A stretch of DNA of 64,000 nt from Candidatus Cloacimonadales bacterium (GCA_963678315.1 OY782781.1:2336001-2400000), one strand, 5' to 3'; numbered from the stretch's first letter, positions 1 through 9,578 are shown. The notes: generated from the sequence alone by a model not told the origin. Made by a program: numbers and translations.

Positions 1-1355
1 ACTTGGGGTTTATCAATTCTCTTTGGACAAATAACAGTTACATCATTATCTTCAGCAAGCATTCTAGCTTGATAATAAATATTAGTCTCAGCACCACCAA
101 CTTCAGGATAAAACCTGTTAGTAACAATAGCTATTCTTTTTCCAGTAGTAATCTTCATTTTACCTCCAAGTTTGTCTCTAATTTCACGTTTAGTTTCTTC
201 ACTTGTGTATTCAATTAAGTTATGAGACACAACCTTTTCATCATAAGATTCTAAACATTTTTTATATAAGTTTTGTCCTAGTTCTTCTAGTTCATCTTCT
301 TTCTTCAAATAATAGATAATTTTTGGAATCAGTCTTTCAATATCATCTTCTACCACAATCTCTGTATGATTAAAATCAAATCCTTCCGCACCAATATCTG
401 TAGTTAATACTGGTCTTTTCAAAGCTCCTGCTTCTAAAATTCTAGTTCTAGTTCCTGAAGCAATTCTTATTGGTAACAATACCATCTTAGCACCCTTTAT
501 ATAGGCATTGATATCATCAACAGGACCAATAATTTTAAAGTATTCATCATCATAATCATAATGCTGTGGCAGTGGATTCTTTCCGACAACCAATATCTTT
601 AACTTCTTTTCTGATAAAACATACCTTATTACAGGATAAATTTGTTCTGCTAAGACTTCTAAAGCATCATTATTTGCAACTGAATTTAGTGTCCCAAAGA
701 ATAATATATAATCTTCATCATTGCTAGCTACAGAATCTAATTCAATATTCTTCATCATATTAGGTATGATTTTAAAATTGTTTATCTTGTGTTCAATATT
801 GTTTCTCTTAAGAACAGAATCTCTTTCAAAGTTATTGGTAAATAAAAAAGTGAAGTCATTTTGAAAAATCTCATTTTCGAATTTGATCAATTTAGTCTTT
901 TCAAAATAGAAATATTTGTTTCTTATTGAGTGCTTTGTATCCCAATTCATTTGGGCTATTCGTGAGAATAACATATCTACATCAATGACAATTTTAACTT
1001 CAGGCAATATATCACTTGCAACTAAAGCAAGCATACTAGGAGATAAAAATCTTACAAATATAATATCATAGTTGTTTGATCTTAGAATTATTCCAAATTG
1101 TTCTATCTCTACTTTATTAAAATTGTATATTGCTTCTGATTTTGAACCTTCTTGTCTACATGTATTTATGTAAAAAGTTTTACCTTGGCATTGATGGTCA
1201 TTGATTACTTCATTTTCAATATTGTGTCTTTTTATCAACATCAAATCAGTGTCATAATTTTCTTTTAGTATATTCCATAGAAAATTTGACCTATTTTTAT
1301 CTCCACCATGCACACCACTGAAAGGAACATCGATATATAATAGTTTTTTTTTCAC
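1..1355 (-). CDS. Glycosyltransferase family 4, apparently two GT4 modules in one ORF; 3' end lies outside the window
   Basis: Read manually; absent from the ORF track because it has no stop in the window. GTG at 1355 gives MKKKLLYIDVPFSGVHGGDKNRS...FFGTLNS...LPIRIASGTRTRILEAGALKRPVLTTDIGAEG (GT-B C-terminal motif). It continues in frame into MKITTGKRIAIVTNRFYPEVGGAE, a typical GT4 N-terminus. Confidence 0.85.
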   Translation of the reverse strand, partial: MKKKLLYIDVPFSGVHGGDKNRSNFLWNILKENYDTDLMLIKRHNIENEVINDHQCQGKTFYINTCRQEGSKSEAIYNFNKVEIEQFGIILRSNNYDIIFVRFLSPSMLALVASDILPEVKIVIDVDMLFSRIAQMNWDTKHSIRNKYFYFEKTKLIKFENEIFQNDFTFLFTNNFERDSVLKRNNIEHKINNFKIIPNMMKNIELDSVASNDEDYILFFGTLNSVANNDALEVLAEQIYPVIRYVLSEKKLKILVVGKNPLPQHYDYDDEYFKIIGPVDDINAYIKGAKMVLLPIRIASGTRTRILEAGALKRPVLTTDIGAEGFDFNHTEIVVEDDIERLIPKIIYYLKKEDELEELGQNLYKKCLESYDEKVVSHNLIEYTSEETKREIRDKLGGKMKITTGKRIAIVTNRFYPEVGGAETNIYYQARMLAEDNDVTVICPKRIDKPQ

Positions 1356-1750
1356 TTTTCCCACCAAAAAGAGCTTTATTTTTTTTAAAATTATAACTTC
1401 TTACTATAAGACTTAAACTTTACAATGTTAAATATAGTCTATAATAACATTTTATCAAGATATTTTTTTTAAAATTAACATATACTCTCTGATGATGAAT
1501 AATATTTGCTCTGAATTTGCTAAAAATGATTAAACCATTTTGCAAGCTTTCAAAAATCCTAATTCATTACAAGGACTCAATTTAAATCATGGCTCATTAA
1601 AGATATGTCCTTACAGGACAAAACCTTTTCTGTAGATACACACGGACCTGTGTATCATGAAGTTCATGAAAATGAACGAAAAAAAACATTTGATAAACGA
1701 TAATAATGCTTATTATCATCTAGACAAACGTCCCTTCGTCTCTACAATAA

Positions 1751-1950
1751 CTATCGGTGGATGCTTACACTCCATCACCATCTAGGTACACAAGCTTCTA
1801 GCTTTGTATCTGCAATTTCACTTATTACTACGTTCTAAGTGAAGCCAGCTATCCGGCAGTAGCCGGACTAAAGGCAAAGCGTTCCCAGTAACTCCATCCT
1901 TACTTGCCACCTTGAAAAAAAGCCGATTTTTCAAGGTGGCAAGTAAGGGT
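1751..1950 (-). repeat. Composite REP-like dispersed element, inverted copy of 51916-52177
   Basis: 1751-1783 is the exact reverse complement of 52145-52177 (33 bp), and 1831-1849 of 52036-52054 (19 bp). Module order is the same, including the long palindrome. Confidence 0.85.
1898..1948. repeat. 51-bp palindromic REP-like element, copy 1
   Basis: CCTTACTTGCCACCTTGAAAAA-aagccga-TTTTTCAAGGTGGCAAGTAAGG, with perfect 22-bp arms. Confidence 0.9.
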
Positions 1951-2146
1951 ACCGAAAGGTCGGAGGAAATTAATGCTTACACAAAGGGAAGATACTATTT
2001 CAGCATTCCTTATAAAAGCTGATTTTGCAAGCATGGATTGTAACTGACGAAGAATCTTGCTTGCAATCCCAAAATAAAATAGAGAGTATTGCAGTAACAA
2101 TACTCTCTAAAACTTTATATAAGCTTTTAAATTTTATACTAGTTTA

Positions 2147-2629
2147 TTAACCTTTCCTAGATTTCTTTTTACTAGTAACTTTGCCTTTTTCCTTTAAGCT
2201 TGCAGTTCTATATCTACAGTTTTCAGGCAATTTCTTATAATCTTCAACTTTTGCCATATACTTTTCATTGTTATATTTTGAGTCAAAACCTTCTTTAACA
2301 ACTGCATGAACAACAAGATTCCAATCAACATTATCAAAAGCAGATACTTCAAGAACTTTTTTCTCCATGTTCCATTCAGCCTTAGTAACTCCAGCAACTG
2401 ATTTAGCTGCTTTTTCTATTAATGATTTAGACATTTCTCCTTTGCCATCAACTTCAAAGCTAGTTGTGATTTGTTTTTTCATTTTTTGTGGTTTCGGTTT
2501 AATCTTATCATTCACTTCTGTAGCTTTCTTTTCAATAGCGTTAGTAACTTCTTTTTCAGATTCTTTCTTTCCATTACAGCCAAGCAATAAGACTGATGCT
2601 AAAGCAAGAGATAGTATTATTTTTTTCAT
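2147..2629 (-). CDS. Lipoprotein with a heavy-metal-associated (HMA)-like domain lacking CxxC
   Basis: Lipobox LLGC. FEVDGKGEMSKSLIEKAAKSVAGVTKAEWN matches the HMA pattern with both cysteines replaced. SD AAGGAG upstream. Confidence 0.7.
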   Translation of the reverse strand: MKKIILSLALASVLLLGCNGKKESEKEVTNAIEKKATEVNDKIKPKPQKMKKQITTSFEVDGKGEMSKSLIEKAAKSVAGVTKAEWNMEKKVLEVSAFDNVDWNLVVHAVVKEGFDSKYNNEKYMAKVEDYKKLPENCRYRTASLKEKGKVTSKKKSRKG

Positions 2630-2660
2630 ATCTTCAAATACTCCTTATCAATTTGTATAG

Positions 2661-2689
2661 ATTTTGTGTTTATCATTCTTATATGTCAA
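2661..2689 (-). promoter_or_regulatory. Putative sigma70 promoter for the HMA-like lipoprotein
   Basis: TTGACA-17 bp-CAAAAT on the minus strand. Confidence 0.4.
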
Positions 2690-2728
2690 GATAATTATTA
2701 AATCTTAGTTGAATTTTGGGCATTTTCC

Positions 2729-2757
2729 TTGACAGAAATACTAGTAGCAAATATAAA
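2729..2757 (+). promoter_or_regulatory. Putative sigma70 promoter for the ribH-nusB operon
   Basis: TTGACA-17 bp-TATAAA, about 30 bp upstream of the ribH ATG. Confidence 0.5.
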
Positions 2758-2788
2758 TTCTCATTATTAATATTAATATGGAGCTGAA

Positions 2789-3253
2789 ATGTATAAAACT
2801 ATTCAAGGTGAACTAACTGTTGAAGATGCAAAATTCTGCATTGTTGTAGCTAGATTCAATGAATTTATTGGTAGTAAATTGTTAGCAGGAGCTATAGATT
2901 GTTTGGTTCGCCATGGTGCTGTTGAAGAAGACATAAGTGTTGTGTGGGTTCCAGGAGCTTTCGAGATACCTTTAACAGCAAAAAAACTTGCAAAAAGAAA
3001 TGAATTCTCTGCAATTATATGCCTAGGAGCAGTTATTAGAGGTGCAACACCTCACTTTGATTATGTTTCAAACGAAGTGGCAAAAGGAATTGGTGTTGTT
3101 GGTTTAGAAACTGAAACTCCTGTTGTTTTTGGTGTTTTGACTACTGATACAATAGAACAAGCAATTGAAAGAGCAGGAACAAAAGCCGGAAATAAAGGTT
3201 GGGATTCTGCTTTAACTGCAATTGAACTCAGCAACCTATATAAAAGGATCTAA
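2789..3253 (+). CDS. ribH: 6,7-dimethyl-8-ribityllumazine synthase
   Basis: [41 protein letters not shown]. Confidence 0.97.
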   Translation: MYKTIQGELTVEDAKFCIVVARFNEFIGSKLLAGAIDCLVRHGAVEEDISVVWVPGAFEIPLTAKKLAKRNEFSAIICLGAVIRGATPHFDYVSNEVAKGIGVVGLETETPVVFGVLTTDTIEQAIERAGTKAGNKGWDSALTAIELSNLYKRI

Positions 3254-3260
3254 ATAAAAA

Positions 3261-3722
3261 ATGGGAATGAGAAGAAAAGGTAGAGAAATAACTCTACAGG
3301 TGTTGTATTCATTAGATTTTCCTGACAATAAAGATTCAATTGACTCTTATGATGCTTTCAACTATTATCAAGATCAGTTGATTGCTAGATGTTTAGCAGA
3401 AAATGTTAAAATAAACTCCTCTGTATATGAGTTTTCAGAAGAGTTAATTAAGAACACTCTCATTAATATTGAAGAGATTGATAAAATCATTGTAGAACAA
3501 TGTGACAACTGGGACTTTGATAGATTAGCAGTGATAGACAGAAACATTTTAAGAATGGCTACCTATGAAATAATATTCAAGAGAGTACACCCAGCAATCA
3601 TTATTAATGAAGCTATAGAAATTAGTAAGAAATTTAGCACAGAAAAGTCTGGAAAATTCATTAATGGCATCTTAGATTCTATATACAAAAAAGCTAAAGA
3701 GAATTTCGAGGATAATGCTTAA
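3261..3722 (+). CDS. nusB: Transcription antitermination factor NusB
   Basis: RRKGRE N-terminus, DRNILRMATYE, INEAIEISKKF, FINGILD; follows ribH. Confidence 0.95.
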   Translation: MGMRRKGREITLQVLYSLDFPDNKDSIDSYDAFNYYQDQLIARCLAENVKINSSVYEFSEELIKNTLINIEEIDKIIVEQCDNWDFDRLAVIDRNILRMATYEIIFKRVHPAIIINEAIEISKKFSTEKSGKFINGILDSIYKKAKENFEDNA

Positions 3723-4602
3723 GTGTAGTATTGGTATTATTGCCTACAATGAAGAAAAAAATATAGGGCCTTTACTTGATAGAGTTTTATCGGAAAAATA
3801 TGATGAGATTTCTATTGATGAAGTAATTGTAGTATCTAGTGCGTGTACTGACGATACTAACAATATAGTAAGCGATTATATGAAAAAAGATTCTCGCTTA
3901 TCATTAATTACTGAAAGTAAAAGAAATGGTAAATCTTCTGCAATTAATCTCTTCTTGAAAAATTCTACGAATGAGATATTAATCATTGAAAGCGCTGATA
4001 CTATCCCTTACCAGGATACAATCAAAAAGATGGTCCTTCCTTTCAAAGACCCAAAAGTTGGGATGACTGGTGGTCGTCCAGTTCCTGTTAATAGTGAAAA
4101 AACTTTTGCAGGCTATGCAGTTAACTTACTCTGGCGATTGCATCACAAGATGGCATTAATCTCTCCTAAACTTGGAGAAATGATAGCTTTTAGAAGAGTC
4201 TTTGACTCGATTCCTCCTGAATCTGCAGTAGATGAAGCAAGTATAGAAGCTGAAATTGTTAAAAAAGGTCTGATAAAGAAATATATCCCTAATGCAAAAG
4301 TAATGAATAAAGGTCCTGAAGATATAAAAGGATTTATAACTCAAAGAAAAAGAATAGAGGCTGGACATTTGTGGCTAATTAAGAATAATAACTATAAAGT
4401 TGTCTCACAAGAGGCTAATGTTCTTATATCCCTATTCATTTCAGAAATAAAAGCAAGACCACTAAAAATTCATTATACAATAGGAGTAATCCTAGTAGAA
4501 ATCTATTCAAGACTTTTAGGAAAATATGATTTTTACATAAAGAAGACAAACCCTTTCACATGGGAAATTGTTCAATCAACAAAGAACTTAAAGAAGAAAT
4601 AA
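3715..4602 (+). CDS. Glycosyltransferase family 2
   Basis: IIAYNEE, ACTDDT, GKSSAIN, SAD, VDE and QRKR motifs. Confidence 0.85.
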   Translation: MLKCSIGIIAYNEEKNIGPLLDRVLSEKYDEISIDEVIVVSSACTDDTNNIVSDYMKKDSRLSLITESKRNGKSSAINLFLKNSTNEILIIESADTIPYQDTIKKMVLPFKDPKVGMTGGRPVPVNSEKTFAGYAVNLLWRLHHKMALISPKLGEMIAFRRVFDSIPPESAVDEASIEAEIVKKGLIKKYIPNAKVMNKGPEDIKGFITQRKRIEAGHLWLIKNNNYKVVSQEANVLISLFISEIKARPLKIHYTIGVILVEIYSRLLGKYDFYIKKTNPFTWEIVQSTKNLKKK

Positions 4603-4603
4603 A

Positions 4604-5686
4604 ATGTTATCACTTTTACCTAAAATAGTTGGATATAAATTATACAAATATATCGGCTTACCACATATTTTACCAATGAATTATACTGTAAGTTTATTAT
4701 ATGATTGCAATTCTCGATGCTCAACATGTAATATTTGGAAAAAGAAAACAGAAAGATTATCAGTTGAACAATATAAAAAGATATTTAAGAAAGTGGGTAA
4801 ATCACCATATTGGATAACTTTTTCTGGAGGAGAACCATTCTTAAGGAACGATATTGTTGAAGTTATAACTGAGATTTATAAAGTTTCTAAACCTAAAATA
4901 ATTAACATTCCATCAAATGGTATTCTTACTAAGAAGATTGTTGAAAACGTTAAAGCAATAACCCATAATTGCAAGAAAGCTCAGATTGTTATTAACCTAT
5001 CTATTGATGCTATTGGTCCAGATCACGATAAAATTAGAAATGTTCCTGGCAACTATGCAAAAGTTATTGCTACCTACAATAGATTGAAAAGATTAGATGC
5101 AAATAATTTATCAGTAGGAATTCACACAGTAATATCCAACTTTAATGTCAGCAACTTCTCAAACATTGCACGTGAGTTAATGGAAATGAACCCAGATTCT
5201 TATATCACTGAGATTGCTGAAGAACGTGTTGAATTAGACACTATCGGCACTAATATTACCCCAAATATGATTAAATATAAATCTGCAATAGACTTTCTTA
5301 TTCATAGAATCAAGAATGGTAATTACTCAGGACTTCAAAAAATAACAATGGCATTTCGTGTAGAATATTATAACTTAGTTAAAAAAGTATTGAGAGATAA
5401 GACTCAGATTATTCCATGCTATGCAGGTATTGCATCTTGTCAGATATCACCTAATGGAGATGTTTGGTCTTGTTGTATTAAGGCAAAATCATTGGGTAAC
5501 TTAGTAGAAAAGAACTACAATTTTAAGAAGATATGGTTCTCTAGAGAATTTGCTAGAGAAAGAATTTCTATTCATAATAAAGAATGCTATTGCCCATTAG
5601 CTAATGCCTCATATACCAATATGTTAATGGATTTCCCTACATTATGGAGAGTTTTCTATCGTTCTTTTATAAAATGGTGGAGATAG
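4604..5686 (+). CDS. Radical SAM protein with SPASM/twitch-like C-terminal domain
   Basis: CNSRCSTC, SGGEPF, and C-terminal CYAG...ISPNGDVWSCC...CYC. Confidence 0.9.
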   Translation: MLSLLPKIVGYKLYKYIGLPHILPMNYTVSLLYDCNSRCSTCNIWKKKTERLSVEQYKKIFKKVGKSPYWITFSGGEPFLRNDIVEVITEIYKVSKPKIINIPSNGILTKKIVENVKAITHNCKKAQIVINLSIDAIGPDHDKIRNVPGNYAKVIATYNRLKRLDANNLSVGIHTVISNFNVSNFSNIARELMEMNPDSYITEIAEERVELDTIGTNITPNMIKYKSAIDFLIHRIKNGNYSGLQKITMAFRVEYYNLVKKVLRDKTQIIPCYAGIASCQISPNGDVWSCCIKAKSLGNLVEKNYNFKKIWFSREFARERISIHNKECYCPLANASYTNMLMDFPTLWRVFYRSFIKWWR

Positions 5687-5687
5687 C

Positions 5688-6302
5688 TTGATTACTTTAA
5701 GTTCAATCTCATCCTCACATAAAAGTCGCATTGTAAGCACTGATTTTCATCCAACCTGTAAAGATGCCTATTTCTTTATAATTCAATATTTTGAAGAAAG
5801 TCCCGATGTAACAAAAATACTAGGAAAAACACTTGATGACTTCATAAAATTCAAGAACTCTAATCCTAATCCTAGCGACTCTGAGTTAAAGGAATTCTTC
5901 AATACATTGAATTGGGTGGTGGCTAGTCTATTTAATAAAACTACGATTTCCCAGAAAGGACTTTCACTTGCTTATGTTAAAATGAGAAACAACTCCCTAA
6001 AAATAATTAGGTATGGAAGAATCTTATTGGGTATCGAAGACAGTAAAGGCTTTAGGAATATCGGTCCTGAATGGAAGAATCATACTGTTGTATCTTATGA
6101 TGGGCTGAAACTCTTAGGGACAAAATCAGAAGATTTGTATCCGGAATTATATCAAATTGACTTGCAAGGCAAGGGTACATTTGTCTTACTTGATAGCAAT
6201 GGAGCTAATTTATTCATAGAGAATCAGATTAAACTCAAGACATCAGGTCATACACATTTTATACTGAACTATGATGTTTTAAAAACACAAAAGAAAAAGT
6301 AA
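5688..6302 (+). CDS. Hypothetical protein, weakly resembling a degenerate PP2C/SpoIIE fold
   Basis: 204-aa ORF abutting the radical SAM gene; TTG start is uncertain. Confidence 0.6.
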   Translation: MITLSSISSSHKSRIVSTDFHPTCKDAYFFIIQYFEESPDVTKILGKTLDDFIKFKNSNPNPSDSELKEFFNTLNWVVASLFNKTTISQKGLSLAYVKMRNNSLKIIRYGRILLGIEDSKGFRNIGPEWKNHTVVSYDGLKLLGTKSEDLYPELYQIDLQGKGTFVLLDSNGANLFIENQIKLKTSGHTHFILNYDVLKTQKKK

Positions 6303-6569
6303 GACTCAAATTTTATTATTTATCAGGATTTTTAATCTAATATTGGACTATTTTTATTACTGGCTATATACCTTTTTTACAACAATTTATTATTTGTAAA
6401 TGTCCTATAAATACTTATTATTAAATAGCAAAATCAATTAGTTAAAAAAATAATCAAAATATTATTAAATATTTCTGGACAAATTAACATAAGATTAAGA
6501 AATGGGCAATGATAGTTTTTAAAGTGTTAGTAAATTACTAAAATATATAATTAATTAGGAGCTTTGTCT

Positions 6570-7997
6570 ATGGTTTCACATGAAAACGAAAATTATGCAA
6601 AATTATTAGAGGAATCCTTCAATAACACAGCAGAACCTAAAATGGGTGATGTTGTAGAAGGCGAAATTATTAATATCACAGATTCAAATATCTTTATCAA
6701 TATGAATGGCAAATATGACGCGTATGCAGAAATTGCAGATTATTCTGATAAAGAAGGTAACTTAAAATTTAAAGTAGGCGAACTTTTACGTGGATTTATC
6801 GTTGAGTTTAACAATGACGGCATTAAAATTTCTAAAAGTTTAAGAAAACAATATGCTGATAAAACTCAAGTTAAAAAAGCATTCGATGATAAAATCCCTG
6901 TAGAAGGTAAAGTATTCAAAATAGTGAATGGTGGATATAGTGTTGACGTATTAGGCGTTAGAGCTTTCTGTCCTAAGTCACAAATTGATATCATGCTTAA
7001 AGAAGATTCAGAATACTTAAATAATACTTTTACTTTCTTAGTTACTGAATATGAGGAAAGTGGTAGAAATATTATCGTTTCTCGAAAAACATTATTACGT
7101 AAAGAAGCAGACGAATTACGTAAAGAAGCATTAGCTAATCTGGAACCAAACAAAGTTGTTAAAGGTGTTGTAAGAAGATTAACTGATTTTGGTGCTTTTG
7201 TTGACCTTGGTGGTGTTGAAGGCTTGTTACATGTATCTGAAATTGCATGGGCTCACATCGCTAAGCCATCAGACGCACTTAATGTAAATGAAGAAATTGA
7301 AGTATTAATTCTTGCTATCAATGGTGAGAAAATCTCATTATCAATGAAAGCTCTTCAAGAAAATCCTTTAGATATCGCTATCAAAGAACTTGAAGAAGGA
7401 ATCATTGTTGAATGTAAAGTACTTAGATTACACCCATTTGGTGCTTTCGTAGAAATCATCCCAGGTGTTGAAGGTCTTATCCCTATTTCTGAAATGTCAT
7501 GGGGTAAAAACATTAGACACCCAAAAGAAGTTTTAAAAGAAGGCGATGTAGTTGAAGCTCAAATCTTCAGACTTGATGCAGAAGAAAAGAAAATCAACCT
7601 TTCATTAAAAGCTTTAAAAGAAAACCCTTGGGATAACATTGATGATAAAGTGCAAGTTGATTCAGTTATCACTGGTACAGTAGAAAACAACACTAATTTT
7701 GGTGTATTTGTTACTATCACTGATGGTATTACTGGTTTATTACCTAGATCTAAGATGCCTATGGAATTAAATCCTAAGCAAGGTGAAGAAATCGAACTTA
7801 GAGTTACTTCAATTGATAAAGAATCTAATAGAATCTCTTTAGAACTTAAAGATCAACCTGAAATCGATCAAACTCAAAGACCAAAAAGAGATAACTTCAA
7901 ACCTAACAGACGTCGTGGTGGTAAACAACCTGAATGGAAAAAATGGGCAAGCGACAAACAAGAAGTGCCTGAAGATAACCCATTCAATCAATTATAA
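6570..7997 (+). CDS. rpsA: 30S ribosomal protein S1-like protein (about five S1 domains)
   Basis: Repeated S1 motifs (FGAFVDLGGVEGLLHVSE, FGAFVEIIPGVEGLIPISE, FGVFVTITDGITGLLP). ATG 6570 has AGGAG 8 nt upstream. It may be a paralog. Confidence 0.85.
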   Translation: MVSHENENYAKLLEESFNNTAEPKMGDVVEGEIINITDSNIFINMNGKYDAYAEIADYSDKEGNLKFKVGELLRGFIVEFNNDGIKISKSLRKQYADKTQVKKAFDDKIPVEGKVFKIVNGGYSVDVLGVRAFCPKSQIDIMLKEDSEYLNNTFTFLVTEYEESGRNIIVSRKTLLRKEADELRKEALANLEPNKVVKGVVRRLTDFGAFVDLGGVEGLLHVSEIAWAHIAKPSDALNVNEEIEVLILAINGEKISLSMKALQENPLDIAIKELEEGIIVECKVLRLHPFGAFVEIIPGVEGLIPISEMSWGKNIRHPKEVLKEGDVVEAQIFRLDAEEKKINLSLKALKENPWDNIDDKVQVDSVITGTVENNTNFGVFVTITDGITGLLPRSKMPMELNPKQGEEIELRVTSIDKESNRISLELKDQPEIDQTQRPKRDNFKPNRRRGGKQPEWKKWASDKQEVPEDNPFNQL

Positions 7998-8027
7998 TTG
8001 ACAAAATCAATAGATATATAAAATGTG

Positions 8028-8050
8028 AAGCGGGTATTTATACCCGCTTT
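8028..8050 (+). terminator. Hairpin, probable terminator after the S1 gene
   Basis: AAGCGGGTA-ttta-TACCCGCTT followed by T-rich sequence. Confidence 0.55.
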
Positions 8051-8078
8051 CTTATTATTAAAAATAGTGGAGGAATTA

Positions 8079-9575
8079 ATGCAAGATAACACATCGCAAA
8101 TCCTAAAATTACGCAGAGAAAAACTCCAAAAGATTAAAGACTTAGGTGTAAATCCTTATCCAGTAGAGTCTAATCGTACACATAAAATTATTGAACTTAT
8201 TGAGAACAAAGACCTTTTCGTTGCTGAAGAGAAAGAAGTTGTTATTACAGGTCGCTTAATCGCTATGAGAAGACAAGGCAAAATTGGCTTTGGTAACCTA
8301 GCAGATATGACTGGTAAAATCCAACTTTTTGTTAAGAAAGATGCAGTCGGTGATGAAAACTATGAGCTTTTTAAACTTTGTGATATGGGAGATTTTGTTC
8401 AAGTAACAGGTACTGCTTTTATCACTCAAAGAGGTGAATATTCAGTTAAGGCAACAAATGTTACATTATTAACTAAAAACATTAGACCAGTTCCTACTGT
8501 TAAGGAAAAAGAAGTTGATGGTCAAAAAGTTAGATATGATGAGTTCTCAGATATAGAATTAAGATATAGAAAAAGATATTTAGACCTCCTTCTAAATCCA
8601 GAAAGGAAAGATACTTTTATCTTAAGATCTAATATTATCAGAACTATCAGAAACTACCTAGATTCTTTAGAGTTTATTGAAGTTGAGACTCCTGTTCTTC
8701 AACCTCTGTATGGTGGAGCAAACGCTAGACCTTTCGTTACTCACCATAACACATTAGATATTGACCTATATTTAAGAATTGCTACAGAGCTTTACTTGAA
8801 AAGATTGATAATCGGTGGCTTTGAAAGAGTATATGAAATAGGAAAGAACTTCCGTAATGAAGGAATGGACAAAACTCATAATCCTGAATTTACTGCTATG
8901 GAGCTATACCAAGCATATTCTGATTTGAATGGTATGATGGATATCACTGAAGGTATTATCAAAAAGATTGCTGAAGATGTTTTCCAAAAAGATGTATTTG
9001 AGTTTGATGGTAATGAAATCAATCTAGTAAAACCTTTTAGAAGAGCTTCAATGGCTGACTTAGTTGAAGAATTTTCTGGTTTCTCAGCTCATGATTTAGA
9101 CAAAGATAAAATCGTTGAATTCATGAATGATAAAGAAATTGAAGTTCCAAAAAACGTTGGACCAGGCCAATTACTTGAAGAACTTTTTGAATACTTTGTA
9201 GAGCCAAACCTTATCCAACCTACTTTTGTTACTGACTTCCCTAAAGAAGTTTCTCCATTAGCAAAAGCTAAAGTAGATAACCCAAAATATGTAGAAAGAT
9301 TTGAGTTGTTTATTTGTGGTAATGAATATGGTAATGCATTCTCAGAACTTAATGATCCTCTAGATCAACGTGAAAGACTTGAGGCTCAAGCCAAATTAAG
9401 AGATCTTGGAGATGAGGAAGCTAATGTTGTTGATGAAGATTTCTTAGAATCTTTAGAATATGGAATGCCACCTATGGGCGGTTTAGGAATTGGTATTGAT
9501 AGATTAGTTATGCTTCTTACTAATAACACTTCAATTAAAGAGGTTATCCTCTTCCCTACCATGAAACCTGAATAA
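8079..9575 (+). CDS. lysS: Lysine--tRNA ligase (class II)
   Basis: YRKRYLDL, GGANARPF, FRNEGMDKTHNPEFT, YGMPPMGGLGIGIDR. Start moved to ATG 8079 after GGAGG. Confidence 0.97.
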   Translation: MQDNTSQILKLRREKLQKIKDLGVNPYPVESNRTHKIIELIENKDLFVAEEKEVVITGRLIAMRRQGKIGFGNLADMTGKIQLFVKKDAVGDENYELFKLCDMGDFVQVTGTAFITQRGEYSVKATNVTLLTKNIRPVPTVKEKEVDGQKVRYDEFSDIELRYRKRYLDLLLNPERKDTFILRSNIIRTIRNYLDSLEFIEVETPVLQPLYGGANARPFVTHHNTLDIDLYLRIATELYLKRLIIGGFERVYEIGKNFRNEGMDKTHNPEFTAMELYQAYSDLNGMMDITEGIIKKIAEDVFQKDVFEFDGNEINLVKPFRRASMADLVEEFSGFSAHDLDKDKIVEFMNDKEIEVPKNVGPGQLLEELFEYFVEPNLIQPTFVTDFPKEVSPLAKAKVDNPKYVERFELFICGNEYGNAFSELNDPLDQRERLEAQAKLRDLGDEEANVVDEDFLESLEYGMPPMGGLGIGIDRLVMLLTNNTSIKEVILFPTMKPE

Positions 9576-9578
9576 TTA

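Noticed and set aside
3..218. 71-aa ORF on the plus strand
   Set aside because: It is the antisense shadow of the GT4 gene.
1900..2100. 66-aa ORF on the minus strand
   Set aside because: It runs through the palindromic repeat and is most likely spurious.
1560..2100. Autonomous IS element or transposase remnant
   Set aside because: No transposase-like ORF or clear target-site duplication was seen.
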